Shown here: one piece after another, positions 1-6,939 of the stretch | Layout of the letters: the number at the start of each line of letters is the position of its first letter | Position numbering within the stretch: the first letter of the stretch is position 1 | Virus record (IMG/VR): IMGVR_UViG_2585427790_000002 | Direction: 5' to 3' (one strand) | From: a virus | Taxonomy: Duplodnaviria; Heunggongvirae; Uroviricota; Caudoviricetes | Length of the DNA stretch: 7,220 nt | Notes under the pieces: model-generated | The model's input: only the letters and a program-made list of their open reading frames with translations | What the model was told of the DNA's origin: nothing | Databases searched by the model: none | Translations under genes and position numbers: made by a program

Positions 1-50
1 GCGAGGTCGCCGCCCCGTAACCTGTCGGATCGCCGGAAAGGACCCGCAAA
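1..50 (-). other. cos: Lambda-type cos packaging site (cosN cohesive-end sequence at 4-15, cosQ-like element around 38-46), in reverse orientation; the cosB side lies beyond the left window edge
   Basis: Positions 1-15 gcgaggtcgccgccc are the reverse complement of the lambda left end GGGCGGCGACCTCGC (12-nt cohesive end GGGCGGCGACCT). Positions 16-50 are the reverse complement of the lambda right terminus ...GCGGGTCCTTTCCGGCGATCCGACAGGTTACG. This match is from recalled lambda sequence, not an alignment. Confidence 0.85.
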
Positions 51-214
51 ATGATAATAATTATCATCTACATGTCACAACGTGCATCTACGCCATCAAA
101 CCACGTCAAATAATCAATTATGACGCAGGTATCGTATTAATTGATCTGCATCAACTTAACGTAAAAACAACTTCAGACAATACAAATCAGCGACACTGAA
201 TACGGGGCAACCTC

Positions 215-409
215 ATGTCAACGAAGAACAGAACCCGCAGAACAACAACCCGCAACATCCGCTTTCCTAACCAAATGATTGAACAAATTAACATCGCTCT
301 TGAGCAAAAAGGGTCCGGGAATTTCTCAGCCTGGGTCATTGAAGCCTGCCGTCGGAGACTAACGTCAGAAAAGAGAGCATATACATCAATTAAAAGTGAT
401 GAAGAATGA
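215..409 (+). CDS. ylcI: Small basic protein of unknown function (YlcI/DUF3950-like, 64 aa); sequence pattern suggests a ribbon-helix-helix DNA-binding fold
   Basis: ATG at 215 with GGGG 9 nt upstream; 64-aa ORF. Size and position (between cos and ybcW) match the DLP12 gene order. Arg-rich N-terminus followed by RNIRFP / NQMIEQINIALEQ / GSGNFS / AWVIEACRRRL, which fits a strand-helix-turn-helix RHH pattern. Confidence 0.75.
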   Translation: MSTKNRTRRTTTRNIRFPNQMIEQINIALEQKGSGNFSAWVIEACRRRLTSEKRAYTSIKSDEE

Positions 410-573
410 ACATCCCGCGTTCTTCCCTCCGAACAGGACGATATTGTAAATTCACTTAATTACGAGGGCATTGCAGTAATTGAGTTGCAGTTTTACCACT
501 TTCCTGACAGTGACAGACTGCGTGTTGGCTCTGTCACAGGCTAAATAGTTTGAATGATTAGCAGTTATGGTGA

Positions 574-780
574 TCAGTCAACCACCAGGGAATAATCCTT
601 CATATTATTATCGTGCTTCACCAACGCTGCCTCAATTGCTCTGAATGCTTCCAGAGACACCTTATGTTCTATACATGCAATTACAACATCAGGGTAACTC
701 ATAGAAATGGTGCTATTAAGCATATTTTTTACACGAATCAGATCCACGGAGGGATCATCAGCAGATTGTTCTTTATTCAT
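574..780 (-). CDS. ybcW: Small acidic hypothetical protein (YbcW-like, 68 aa)
   Basis: 68-aa ORF on the minus strand with ATG at 780 and GGAG 8 nt upstream. Convergent with ylcI and divergent from ybcV, as in DLP12. Function unknown. Confidence 0.7.
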
Positions 781-1065
781 TTTGTCGCTCCATGCGCTTG
801 CTCTTCATCTAGCGGTTAAAATATTACTTCAAATCTTTCTGTATGAAGATTTGAGCACGTTGGCCTTACATACATCTGTCGGTTGTATTTCCCTCCAGAA
901 TGCCAGCAGGACCGCACTTTGTTACGCAACCAATACTATTAAGTGAAAACATTCCTAATATTTGACATAAATCATCAACAAAACACAAAGAGGTCAGACC
1001 AGATTGAAACGATAAAAACGATAATGCAAACTACGCGCCCTCGTATCACATGGAAGGTTTTACCA

Positions 1066-1476
1066 ATGGCTCAGGTTGCCATTTTTAAAGAAATATTCGA
1101 TCAAGTGCGAAAAGATTTAAACTGTGAATTGTTTTATTCTGAACTAAAACGTCACAACGTCTCACATTATATTTACTATCTAGCCACAGATAATATTCAC
1201 ATCGTGTTAGAAAACGATAACACCGTGTTAATAAAAGGACTTAAAAAGGTTGTAAATGTTAAATTCTCAAGAAACACGCATCTTATAGAAACGTCCTATG
1301 ATAGGTTGAAATCAAGAGAAATCACATTTCAGCAATACAGGGAAAATCTTGCTAAAGCAGGAGTTTTCCGATGGGTTACAAATATCCATGAACATAAAAG
1401 ATATTACTATACCTTTGATAATTCATTACTATTTACTGAGAGCATTCAGAACACTACACAAATCTTTCCACGCTAA
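1066..1476 (+). CDS. ybcV: DUF1398-family prophage protein (YbcV-like, 136 aa from ATG 1066); alternative upstream in-frame starts at 1024 and 943
   Basis: The ORF track gives 943..1476 (177 aa). The internal ATG at 1066 is preceded by GGAAGG with 8-nt spacing and gives a 136-aa product, the length I recall for YbcV. The upstream ATGs lack a comparable RBS. Confidence 0.7.
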   Translation: MAQVAIFKEIFDQVRKDLNCELFYSELKRHNVSHYIYYLATDNIHIVLENDNTVLIKGLKKVVNVKFSRNTHLIETSYDRLKSREITFQQYRENLAKAGVFRWVTNIHEHKRYYYTFDNSLLFTESIQNTTQIFPR

Positions 1477-1766
1477 ATCATAACGTCCGGTTTCTTCCGT
1501 GTCAGCACCGGGGCGTTGGCATAATGCAATACGTGTACGCGCTAAACCCTGTGTGCATCGTTTTTAATTATTCCCGGACACTCCCGCAGAGAAGTTCCCC
1601 GTCAGGGCTGTGGACATAGTTAATCCGGGAATACAATGACGATTCATCGCACCTGACATACATTAATAAATATTAACAATATGAAATTTCAACTCATTGT
1701 TTAGGGTTTGTTTAATTTTCTACACATACGATTCTGCGAACTTCAAAAAGCATCGGGAATAACACC

Positions 1767-2060
1767 ATGAAAAAAATGCTACTCGCTACTGCGCTGGCCC
1801 TGCTTATTACAGGATGTGCTCAACAGACGTTTACTGTTCAAAACAAACCGGCAGCAGTAGCACCAAAGGAAACCATCACCCATCATTTCTTCGTTTCTGG
1901 AATTGGGCAGAAGAAAACTGTCGATGCAGCCAAAATTTGTGGCGGCGCAGAAAATGTTGTTAAAACAGAAACCCAGCAAACATTCGTAAATGGATTGCTC
2001 GGTTTTATTACTTTAGGCATTTATACTCCGCTGGAAGCGCGTGTGTATTGCTCACAATAA
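1767..2060 (+). CDS. bor: Bor outer-membrane lipoprotein (serum-resistance lipoprotein of lambdoid phages), 97 aa precursor
   Basis: N-terminal signal peptide with lipobox LITGC (MKKMLLATALALLITGC). Sequence is recognisably lambda Bor/BorD. Opposite strand to the lysis genes, as in lambda. Confidence 0.92.
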   Translation: MKKMLLATALALLITGCAQQTFTVQNKPAAVAPKETITHHFFVSGIGQKKTVDAAKICGGAENVVKTETQQTFVNGLLGFITLGIYTPLEARVYCSQ

Positions 2061-2066
2061 TTGCAT

Positions 2067-2092
2067 GAGTTGCCCATCGATATGGGCAACTC
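2067..2092. terminator. Perfect 26-bp palindrome (GAGTTGCCCAT CGAT ATGGGCAACTC) between convergent bor and Rz; candidate bidirectional terminator or protein-binding site
   Basis: Seen directly. It sits 7 nt after the bor stop and includes the Rz stop codon. Flanks are only modestly U-rich on either strand. Confidence 0.45.
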
Positions 2093-2553
2093 TATCTGCA
2101 CTGCTCATTAATATACTTCTGGGTTCCTTCCAGTTGTTTTTGCATAGTGATCAGCCTCTCTCTGAGGGTGAAATAATCCCGTTCAGCGGTGTCTGCCAGT
2201 CGGGGGGAGGCTGCATTATCCACGCCGGAGGCGGTGGTGGCTTCACGCACTGACTGACAGACTGCTTTGATGTGCAACCGACGACGACCAGCGGCAACAT
2301 CATCACGCAGAGCATCATTTTCAGCTTTCGCATTAGCTAACTCCTTCGTGTATTTTTCATCCAGTGCAGCAACATCACGCTGGCGCATCTGCATGTCAGT
2401 AATTGCCGCGTTCGCCAGCTTCAGTTCTCTGGCATTTTTGTCGCGCTGGGCTTTGTAGGTAATGGCGTTATCACGGTAATGATTAACAGCCCATGACAGG
2501 CAGACGATGATGCAGATAACCAGAGCGGAGATAATCGCGGTTACTCTGTTCAT
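2092..2553 (-). CDS. rzpD: Rz i-spanin (inner-membrane spanin subunit), 153 aa from ATG 2553
   Basis: N-terminal transmembrane segment ([18 protein letters not shown]) followed by a charged, coiled-coil-like periplasmic domain. ATG at 2553 overlaps the endolysin stop (ATGA). The ORF-track start at 2565 is a GTG four codons upstream. Confidence 0.9.
   Translation of the reverse strand: MNRVTAIISALVICIIVCLSWAVNHYRDNAITYKAQRDKNARELKLANAAITDMQMRQRDVAALDEKYTKELANAKAENDALRDDVAAGRRRLHIKAVCQSVREATTASGVDNAASPRLADTAERDYFTLRERLITMQKQLEGTQKYINEQCR
2151..2333 (-). CDS. rzoD: Rz1 o-spanin (outer-membrane lipoprotein spanin subunit), embedded in the +1 frame of Rz
   Basis: 60-aa ORF wholly inside Rz in a different frame. 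Signal peptide with lipobox VVVGC, then a proline-rich mature segment (PPPPPAW...PPPDW), the typical Rz1 signature. Confidence 0.8.
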   Translation of the reverse strand: MRKLKMMLCVMMLPLVVVGCTSKQSVSQCVKPPPPPAWIMQPPPDWQTPLNGIISPSERG

Positions 2554-3047
2554 TGCTGACCCCACAAACAGATTTCACGCTCAATCTCACGACGAGTCAT
2601 GAGACCTTTCCATTGCTTACCGCCAGAATATGTCCAGCGACGTAGCTGATCACATGCGCCTTTGATATCGCCCTGGTTTATTTTGCGAAGAAGCGTCGAT
2701 GTTCTGAAATTGCCAGCGCCCACGTTGTAAACGAACGAGTAAAGAGCGCCGCGCGTTGTTTCCGGTATATCAACTTTTATGTACGGGTTAATTTGTCTGG
2801 CGACCGTGGCAAGGTCTTTATTCAGGAGGGCTTTGCATTCTGCTTTGGTATACGTTTTACCGAGCATGATGTCTTTTCCTGTATGCCCGTGACATACAGT
2901 CCATACACCAACAATATCTTTGTATGGTATGTAGCTGACACCTTCCAGACCATCGTTACCACTTGGGCCAGTGATTAACACTGATGCTATAGCAATTGCT
3001 CCGCCACCAATAGCAGCAGCAACGGCTTTTCGTAATGATGGAGGCAT
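2550..3047 (-). CDS. rrrD: SAR endolysin (phage-21 R-type lysozyme with N-terminal signal-anchor-release domain), 165 aa
   Basis: Gly/Ala-rich weakly hydrophobic N-terminal segment ([20 protein letters not shown]) characteristic of a SAR domain, followed by a lysozyme catalytic region ([17 protein letters not shown]). Near-identical to my recollection of phage 21 R / DLP12 RrrD. Start overlaps the holin stop (TAATG). Confidence 0.93.
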   Translation of the reverse strand: MPPSLRKAVAAAIGGGAIAIASVLITGPSGNDGLEGVSYIPYKDIVGVWTVCHGHTGKDIMLGKTYTKAECKALLNKDLATVARQINPYIKVDIPETTRGALYSFVYNVGAGNFRTSTLLRKINQGDIKGACDQLRRWTYSGGKQWKGLMTRREIEREICLWGQQ

Positions 3048-3262
3048 TATTCACCTCTCGCAGCCTTGCGCTTATCTTCTTTAATCTTGAAATAAAGGTT
3101 TGTCAGGTACGTCAGCAGGCCAAATACCAGGCTACCCAGCACACCTATTGCTGCCCACTGTGAGGGCGTGACTTTATCGAGCAGCTGTAAAAACCAGTAA
3201 CCGGCACTACCTGCTGAGGTGCCATAGGCGACACCCGTTGTTAACTTATCCATGGATTTCAT
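3047..3262 (-). CDS. essD: Class II pinholin (phage-21 S-type) with dual-start motif MKSM (antiholin from Met1, holin from Met4), 71 aa
   Basis: Sequence [24 protein letters not shown]...[22 protein letters not shown] has two transmembrane segments and a charged C-terminus. RBS GAGGTGGGG precedes ATG 3262. The ORF-track start at 3307 adds 15 residues without an RBS and is rejected. Confidence 0.9.
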
Positions 3263-3649
3263 AACCCCACCTCGCAGACAAAGCGGGTGTAAATTGAGGG
3301 AATACAACGTATCGCAAAAAAGCAGAAACGTAACAGACTCGGAGTCAGTGAATAACTCAGGTATTGAGTTATCAGCTAATATCGAGACTCAGAAAATGGA
3401 AAAACCAGCTCGACGGCGGGTTTAAGCTGTGTGACGAAGTAACCACTCTTAACAGCATAACCAATTTTTTACGTACGTAAACCACTGAATGATATTTATG
3501 AGAATGCTACCGAGTGTTCAAAACACCACCACAAATACATAAGAAAACCTCAACAAATAACCAATAAATAATTTCAGGCGTTATTTTTAGTTGATTTAAA
3601 TTAAACTGCCGAATTATAGAGCCTCCATAAATAACAACTATTAATATAA

Positions 3650-3849
3650 ATTAGCTAATAGGTTTACTTTTGTTCAAATAAGAGCCACAAATAGGTTTCG
3701 ATAGAAAAAGTTCAGATAAAAATAGAGATCTACTTCACAAATTAAATGAGAAACTAAAACTTACATCTTGAAATAATCACATTGATTAGATGAATATTTA
3801 TCGCGCAGTGACATCATTTTTTAATAATAGTTCAAAAAAAGGGCTCACG
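3650..3849 (+). promoter_or_regulatory. nmpC upstream regulatory region with two OmpR-box-like sequences (about 3661-3680 and 3761-3780); promoter not precisely mapped
   Basis: GGTTTACTTTTGTTCAAATA (3661-3680) and TTACATCTTGAAATAATCAC (3761-3780) resemble the TTTAC(A/T)TTTTG-type OmpR half-sites of ompF/ompC as I recall them. Strongly AT-rich; candidate -35 TTGATT/TTGAAA hexamers but no clean -10. Confidence 0.3.
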
Positions 3850-4932
3850 ATGAAAAAATTAACAGTGGCAATTTCTGCTGTAGCTGCATCAGTACTGATG
3901 GCGATGTCTGCTCAGGCAGCTGAAATTTATAATAAAGACAGTAACAAGCTGGATCTATATGGGAAAGTTAATGCCAAGCACTACTTCTCCTCTAATGATG
4001 CAGATGATGGTGATACTACTTATGCCCGTCTTGGCTTCAAAGGTGAAACCCAAATCAACGATCAACTGACTGGTTTCGGTCAGTGGGAATATGAATTCAA
4101 AGGCAACCGCGCTGAATCTCAAGGCTCCTCCAAAGACAAAACCCGTCTTGCATTTGCAGGCCTGAAATTCGGGGACTACGGCTCAATCGATTACGGCCGT
4201 AACTACGGTGTAGCATATGACATCGGTGCGTGGACTGACGTTCTGCCAGAATTCGGTGGCGATACCTGGACCCAAACAGATGTGTTCATGACTGGTCGCA
4301 CCACTGGTGTTGCAACTTATCGTAACAACGACTTCTTTGGTCTGGTTGATGGTCTGAACTTTGCTGCTCAGTATCAGGGTAAAAATGACCGCACTGACGT
4401 AACTGAAGCTAATGGTGATGGTTTCGGTTTCTCCACTACTTATGAGTATGAAGGATTCGGTGTAGGTGCAACCTATGCTAAATCTGACCGCACTAATAAT
4501 CAGGTTATCTACGGTAACAACAGCCTGAATGCATCTGGTCAAAATGCTGAAGTATGGGCAGCTGGTCTGAAATATGATGCGAACAACATCTATCTGGCTA
4601 CCACCTATTCTGAAACCCAGAACATGACTGTTTTTGGTAATAACCATATTGCCAACAAAGCACAAAACTTCGAAGTAGTTGCACAATATCAGTTCGACTT
4701 CGGTCTGCGTCCGTCCGTTGCTTACCTGCAATCTAAAGGAAAAGACTTGGGTGCGTGGGGTGATCAGGACCTGGTTGAATATATTGATGTAGGTGCAACC
4801 TATTACTTCAACAAAAATATGTCCACTTTTGTTGATTACAAAATCAACCTGATTGATAAGAGCGATTTCACGAAAGCATCTGGCGTTGCTACCGATGATA
4901 TCGTTGCTGTAGGTATGGTTTACCAGTTCTAA
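3850..4932 (+). CDS. nmpC: General bacterial porin of the OmpC/OmpF/PhoE family (prophage-encoded NmpC/Lc-type), 360-aa precursor, apparently intact
   Basis: Signal peptide [23 protein letters not shown] then AEIYNKD..., porin motifs and C-terminal ...VGMVYQF with terminal Phe. ATG at 3850; the ORF-track start at 3790 is a 20-codon extension. No internal stop or IS. Confidence 0.93.
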   Translation: MKKLTVAISAVAASVLMAMSAQAAEIYNKDSNKLDLYGKVNAKHYFSSNDADDGDTTYARLGFKGETQINDQLTGFGQWEYEFKGNRAESQGSSKDKTRLAFAGLKFGDYGSIDYGRNYGVAYDIGAWTDVLPEFGGDTWTQTDVFMTGRTTGVATYRNNDFFGLVDGLNFAAQYQGKNDRTDVTEANGDGFGFSTTYEYEGFGVGATYAKSDRTNNQVIYGNNSLNASGQNAEVWAAGLKYDANNIYLATTYSETQNMTVFGNNHIANKAQNFEVVAQYQFDFGLRPSVAYLQSKGKDLGAWGDQDLVEYIDVGATYYFNKNMSTFVDYKINLIDKSDFTKASGVATDDIVAVGMVYQF

Positions 4933-4940
4933 TTTGATTA

Positions 4941-4979
4941 CTAAAAGATATGTTGCGGGAGGCTTTGCCTCCCCAACAT
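4941..4979 (-). terminator. Candidate intrinsic terminator on the minus strand (tR'-like, downstream of the late promoter); the same hairpin sits directly 3' of the nmpC stop on the plus strand
   Basis: GC-rich stem GGGAGGC/GCCTCCC extended by ATGTTG/CAACAT, loop TTT. On the minus strand it is followed by AUAUCUUUU. A second hairpin AAGTGGCT-CCCTCA-AGCCACTT lies at 4982-5003. Confidence 0.4.
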
Positions 4980-5039
4980 ATAAGTGGCTCCCTCAAGCCA
5001 CTTCCTTTAGGAGCACAACCTTGCTTCTAACTATATAAA

Positions 5040-5120
5040 CCTTCTGTTATATATTACCCTTTATTTTTGGGGGCGTTGCAACGCCCCATTTTTAATAATT
5101 TTTAGTAAACAATTGGCATA
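5040..5120 (-). promoter_or_regulatory. Candidate Q-dependent late promoter (pR') and qut region immediately downstream of Q; exact -35/-10 not resolved
   Basis: Placed by analogy with lambdoid phages, where pR'/qut lies just 3' of Q. Minus-strand candidates include TTGCAA (5081-5076) with GTAATA/TAATAT 17-19 nt downstream. Purely positional and motif-based. Confidence 0.3.
5069..5105 (+). terminator. Rho-independent terminator for the plus strand (likely nmpC terminator): GC hairpin plus T-tract
   Basis: GGGGCGTTGCAACGCCCC (perfect inverted repeat) followed by ATTTTTAATAATTTTT on the plus strand. On the minus strand the hairpin is followed by A-rich sequence, so it is not a good minus-strand terminator. 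Confidence 0.55.
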
Positions 5121-5504
5121 TTAATTAGAGTTATTAACAACGATATCCATCTCTAACCGGATATCTAATGCCATTAACATCCCTTCAATTATGCCCTCAG
5201 CCTTCTGTAACCTTTTCCCGATATAACCATCAGAGCAGCAATGCTTACCTGCCAGTGACATGAATGTCATACCGACTACATAATAATCTACTAATAAATC
5301 GTGCAAATCGCTGTTGTTCTTTTTCAGACGGGCCATGCACCCGCAAATAATCATCGCGTCATCGTCACAACATTGCGGGCGAGATTTTACTTTTGAAGTA
5401 ATTAATCCCTTAAAACCGGCGGCAATGGACGACCAGGTCACATCTTCATGATTATTAGCCGCCCACGCTCCCCAACGCTCAAGAACCATCTGAATATCAC
5501 GCAT
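5121..5504 (-). CDS. quuD: Late-gene antiterminator Q (phage 82/DLP12 QuuD type), 127 aa
   Basis: [24 protein letters not shown]... with Cys-rich segments ([15 protein letters not shown]). ATG at 5504 preceded by GGAG. The ORF-track start at 5519 is a TTG five codons upstream. Confidence 0.92.
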   Translation of the reverse strand: MRDIQMVLERWGAWAANNHEDVTWSSIAAGFKGLITSKVKSRPQCCDDDAMIICGCMARLKKNNSDLHDLLVDYYVVGMTFMSLAGKHCCSDGYIGKRLQKAEGIIEGMLMALDIRLEMDIVVNNSN

Positions 5505-5589
5505 CAACTTACTCCACAAAAATCAGACCAGAACGCCAATTACAAGCAAAAATCAACAAAACAGTATTAGTTGATTGTTATCTCTGACT

Positions 5590-5730
5590 TCATACTCCTG
5601 CTCCTGTCAGGGTTTTGGCGTAATTCTTCAGTATTCGGTAATCGGTCAAAACAGAACCGGGGAAACGATATAAGCGCAGATGCCCCCAGCGGTGGCGAAG
5701 AAGTTCTGCCATATAAAACTCAAACATCAT
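5590..5730 (-). CDS. ylcG: Small hypothetical protein (YlcG-like, 46 aa); absent from the ORF track because it is under 60 aa
   Basis: Hand translation of the minus strand gives [46 protein letters not shown]. The ATG at 5730 overlaps the rusA stop (ATGA). Size and position between rusA and Q match DLP12 ylcG. Confidence 0.6.
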   Translation of the reverse strand: MMFEFYMAELLRHRWGHLRLYRFPGSVLTDYRILKNYAKTLTGAGV

Positions 5731-6089
5731 TCATTCCCCATTTCGGTGATGGTCAGTTCCAGCCTCCCACCTTTGGTAACAGGCATCTTCACAACGCGGT
5801 AATCAACGACCTGAGCATCATCCAGCCAGAAACCTGCTTTGGTGAGTGCGTCAAAAGCGGCTTTTTGCAGATTATCCAGGTCACGGCGACGGCGATCCGG
5901 CATGTGGCACTCAATACGGATTTTCACTGGCATAGCCAGGCCGATATCCAGCATTGCGTTTTTAATGATTCGGGTGACGTTATCGCGGTATGCCTGCCCT
6001 TCTGCGCTGATGTGCGTGCGCCCGCGATTATGGCGGTAATAGCGATTATTGCTCGGAGGCCAGGGTAATGTGATGCTGTAGGTATTCAC
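5727..6089 (-). CDS. rusA: RusA Holliday-junction resolvase (endodeoxyribonuclease RUS), 120 aa
   Basis: [38 protein letters not shown]... is recognisably RusA. Start codon is GTG at 6089, overlapping the ybcO stop (GTGA). Confidence 0.93.
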   Translation of the reverse strand: MNTYSITLPWPPSNNRYYRHNRGRTHISAEGQAYRDNVTRIIKNAMLDIGLAMPVKIRIECHMPDRRRRDLDNLQKAAFDALTKAGFWLDDAQVVDYRVVKMPVTKGGRLELTITEMGNE

Positions 6090-6376
6090 GCCTTAATAAC
6101 CCCCTCTTTCAGCCAGATAACCTGTGTTCTCGCCATACCTTCCAGCGCGCATTCTTTTGCATATGCAGCATCGACAAAATGTGTGCGGCGGTCGATTTCG
6201 TCGTGGCAGGCAGAACATGCAATGGTGGCAATCAGGTCTGGCGGTTTGATACCGGTACCGCACAATCCAGCCAGCCGGATATGTGCCAGTACAGACGTTT
6301 CAGAATTGCCATTACATACGCCAGGGATTCTTACCTGGCATTCCCGACCACGCGCTGCTTTTCTCAAATCAGCCAT
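6086..6376 (-). CDS. ybcO: DUF1364-family Cys-rich putative nuclease/zinc-binding protein (YbcO-like), 96 aa from ATG 6376
   Basis: ATG at 6376 preceded by AGGAGGAATC. Several Cys/His residues ([11 protein letters not shown]). The ORF-track start at 6415 is 13 codons upstream with no RBS. Confidence 0.85.
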   Translation of the reverse strand: MADLRKAARGRECQVRIPGVCNGNSETSVLAHIRLAGLCGTGIKPPDLIATIACSACHDEIDRRTHFVDAAYAKECALEGMARTQVIWLKEGVIKA

Positions 6377-6539
6377 GATTCCTCCTTGCTGCCAGTCGCA
6401 ACCATTTTTTATCAACCAGGCTGGCGGTATATCCGAGCAGAGTTGGTATTTCGGATGGCTTCAGCTCAGGTTTACGCTTACGACGATTTGGTACTTTGTA
6501 GATGTGTCCGTTCATGACACGAATAAGCGGTGTAGCCAT
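6369..6539 (-). CDS. ninE: NinE-family small protein, 56 aa
   Basis: [59 protein letters not shown] at 6539 preceded by AGGAGG and overlapping the upstream gene's stop (TAATG). Its 3' end overlaps the ybcO start by 8 nt. Confidence 0.85.
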   Translation of the reverse strand: MATPLIRVMNGHIYKVPNRRKRKPELKPSEIPTLLGYTASLVDKKWLRLAARRNHG

Positions 6540-6939
6540 TACGCCTCCTGCTTGTCGCGCAGCAGCTGGAACTCGCAGCGCTGCGGAATAGTCAGGTGGC
6601 AACCAATATTCATCGCCCAGGCTTCAACCTTACACAGGAAGACATACATCTCTCCGGTATCAAGATCGGAGGTATGGCGTAACGACTGGATAGTGGTGAT
6701 ATCACCGGTTACGACATCAACCAGTTCTTTGGTTTCATAACCGAGATAAGTGTGTTTCAGAGCATCCTTCACCCACTCTGGCGTAGCGAAAGTCTTACCC
6801 CGGCTGATGAGGTATTCGCTGATTTCGGTGTACCACATGTGGCTTAAGCTATTTTGAGACAGGCTGCGCTTATCGCGCCATGGCTTCAGTACCATGCGGA
6901 AGCACTTGCCGTCCTCCAGATAAGGCTGGAGCTGCTGAC
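6539..6939 (-). pseudogene. ybcN: NinB/Orf-family recombination protein gene (YbcN-like), 5'-truncated by the IS insertion at about 6940
   Basis: Contains RSLSQNSLSHMW, resembling the lambda NinB motif RSLDQNRKLW. The frame stays open upstream of the track's Met (6895) right up to the IS end, with no start codon, and the product is about 20-30 aa shorter at the N-terminus than lambda NinB. Confidence 0.7.

Noticed and set aside
503-540. Imperfect hairpin CCTG(ACAG)TGACAG ... CTGTCACAGG between convergent ylcI and ybcW
   Set aside because: Bulged stem with a 14-nt loop and no U-tract on either strand, so not called as a terminator; it may still be a weak one.
613-946. Plus-strand ORFs 613..819 (68 aa) and 707..946 (79 aa)
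   Set aside because: They overlap ybcW on the opposite strand and the divergent intergenic region, have low-complexity hydrophobic translations and no convincing RBS. Judged antisense artefacts.
1779-1979. Minus-strand ORF of 66 aa inside bor
   Set aside because: Fully antisense to the well-supported bor gene; Cys/Phe-rich nonsense-like translation.
2041-2458. Plus-strand ORFs 2041..2253 (70 aa) and 2267..2458 (63 aa)
   Set aside because: Antisense to Rz/Rz1; Gly-rich and Ser/Ala-rich low-complexity translations.
2793-2978. Plus-strand ORF of 61 aa inside the endolysin gene
   Set aside because: Antisense to the strongly supported SAR endolysin.
3263-3307. Upstream in-frame ATG at 3307 giving an 86-aa holin
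   Set aside because: No RBS before 3307, whereas GAGGTGGGG sits at the right spacing for the MKSM dual-start at 3262, matching the known phage-21 pinholin arrangement.
3790-3849. 20-codon N-terminal extension of the porin ORF ([20 protein letters not shown])
   Set aside because: The signal peptide begins at the Met at 3850, which has a GGG-containing RBS-like sequence upstream. The extension would place a non-signal leader before the signal peptide.
4183-4731. Minus-strand ORF of 182 aa inside nmpC
   Set aside because: Antisense to the porin gene; no recognisable family features; typical long antisense ORF.
5571-6068. Plus-strand ORFs 5571..6068 (165 aa) and 5839..6039 (66 aa)
   Set aside because: Antisense to ylcG and rusA, both of which have strong positive evidence on the minus strand.
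6179-6740. Plus-strand ORFs 6179..6517 (112 aa) and 6183..6740 (185 aa)
   Set aside because: Antisense to ybcO, ninE and the ninB-like gene; no family resemblance.
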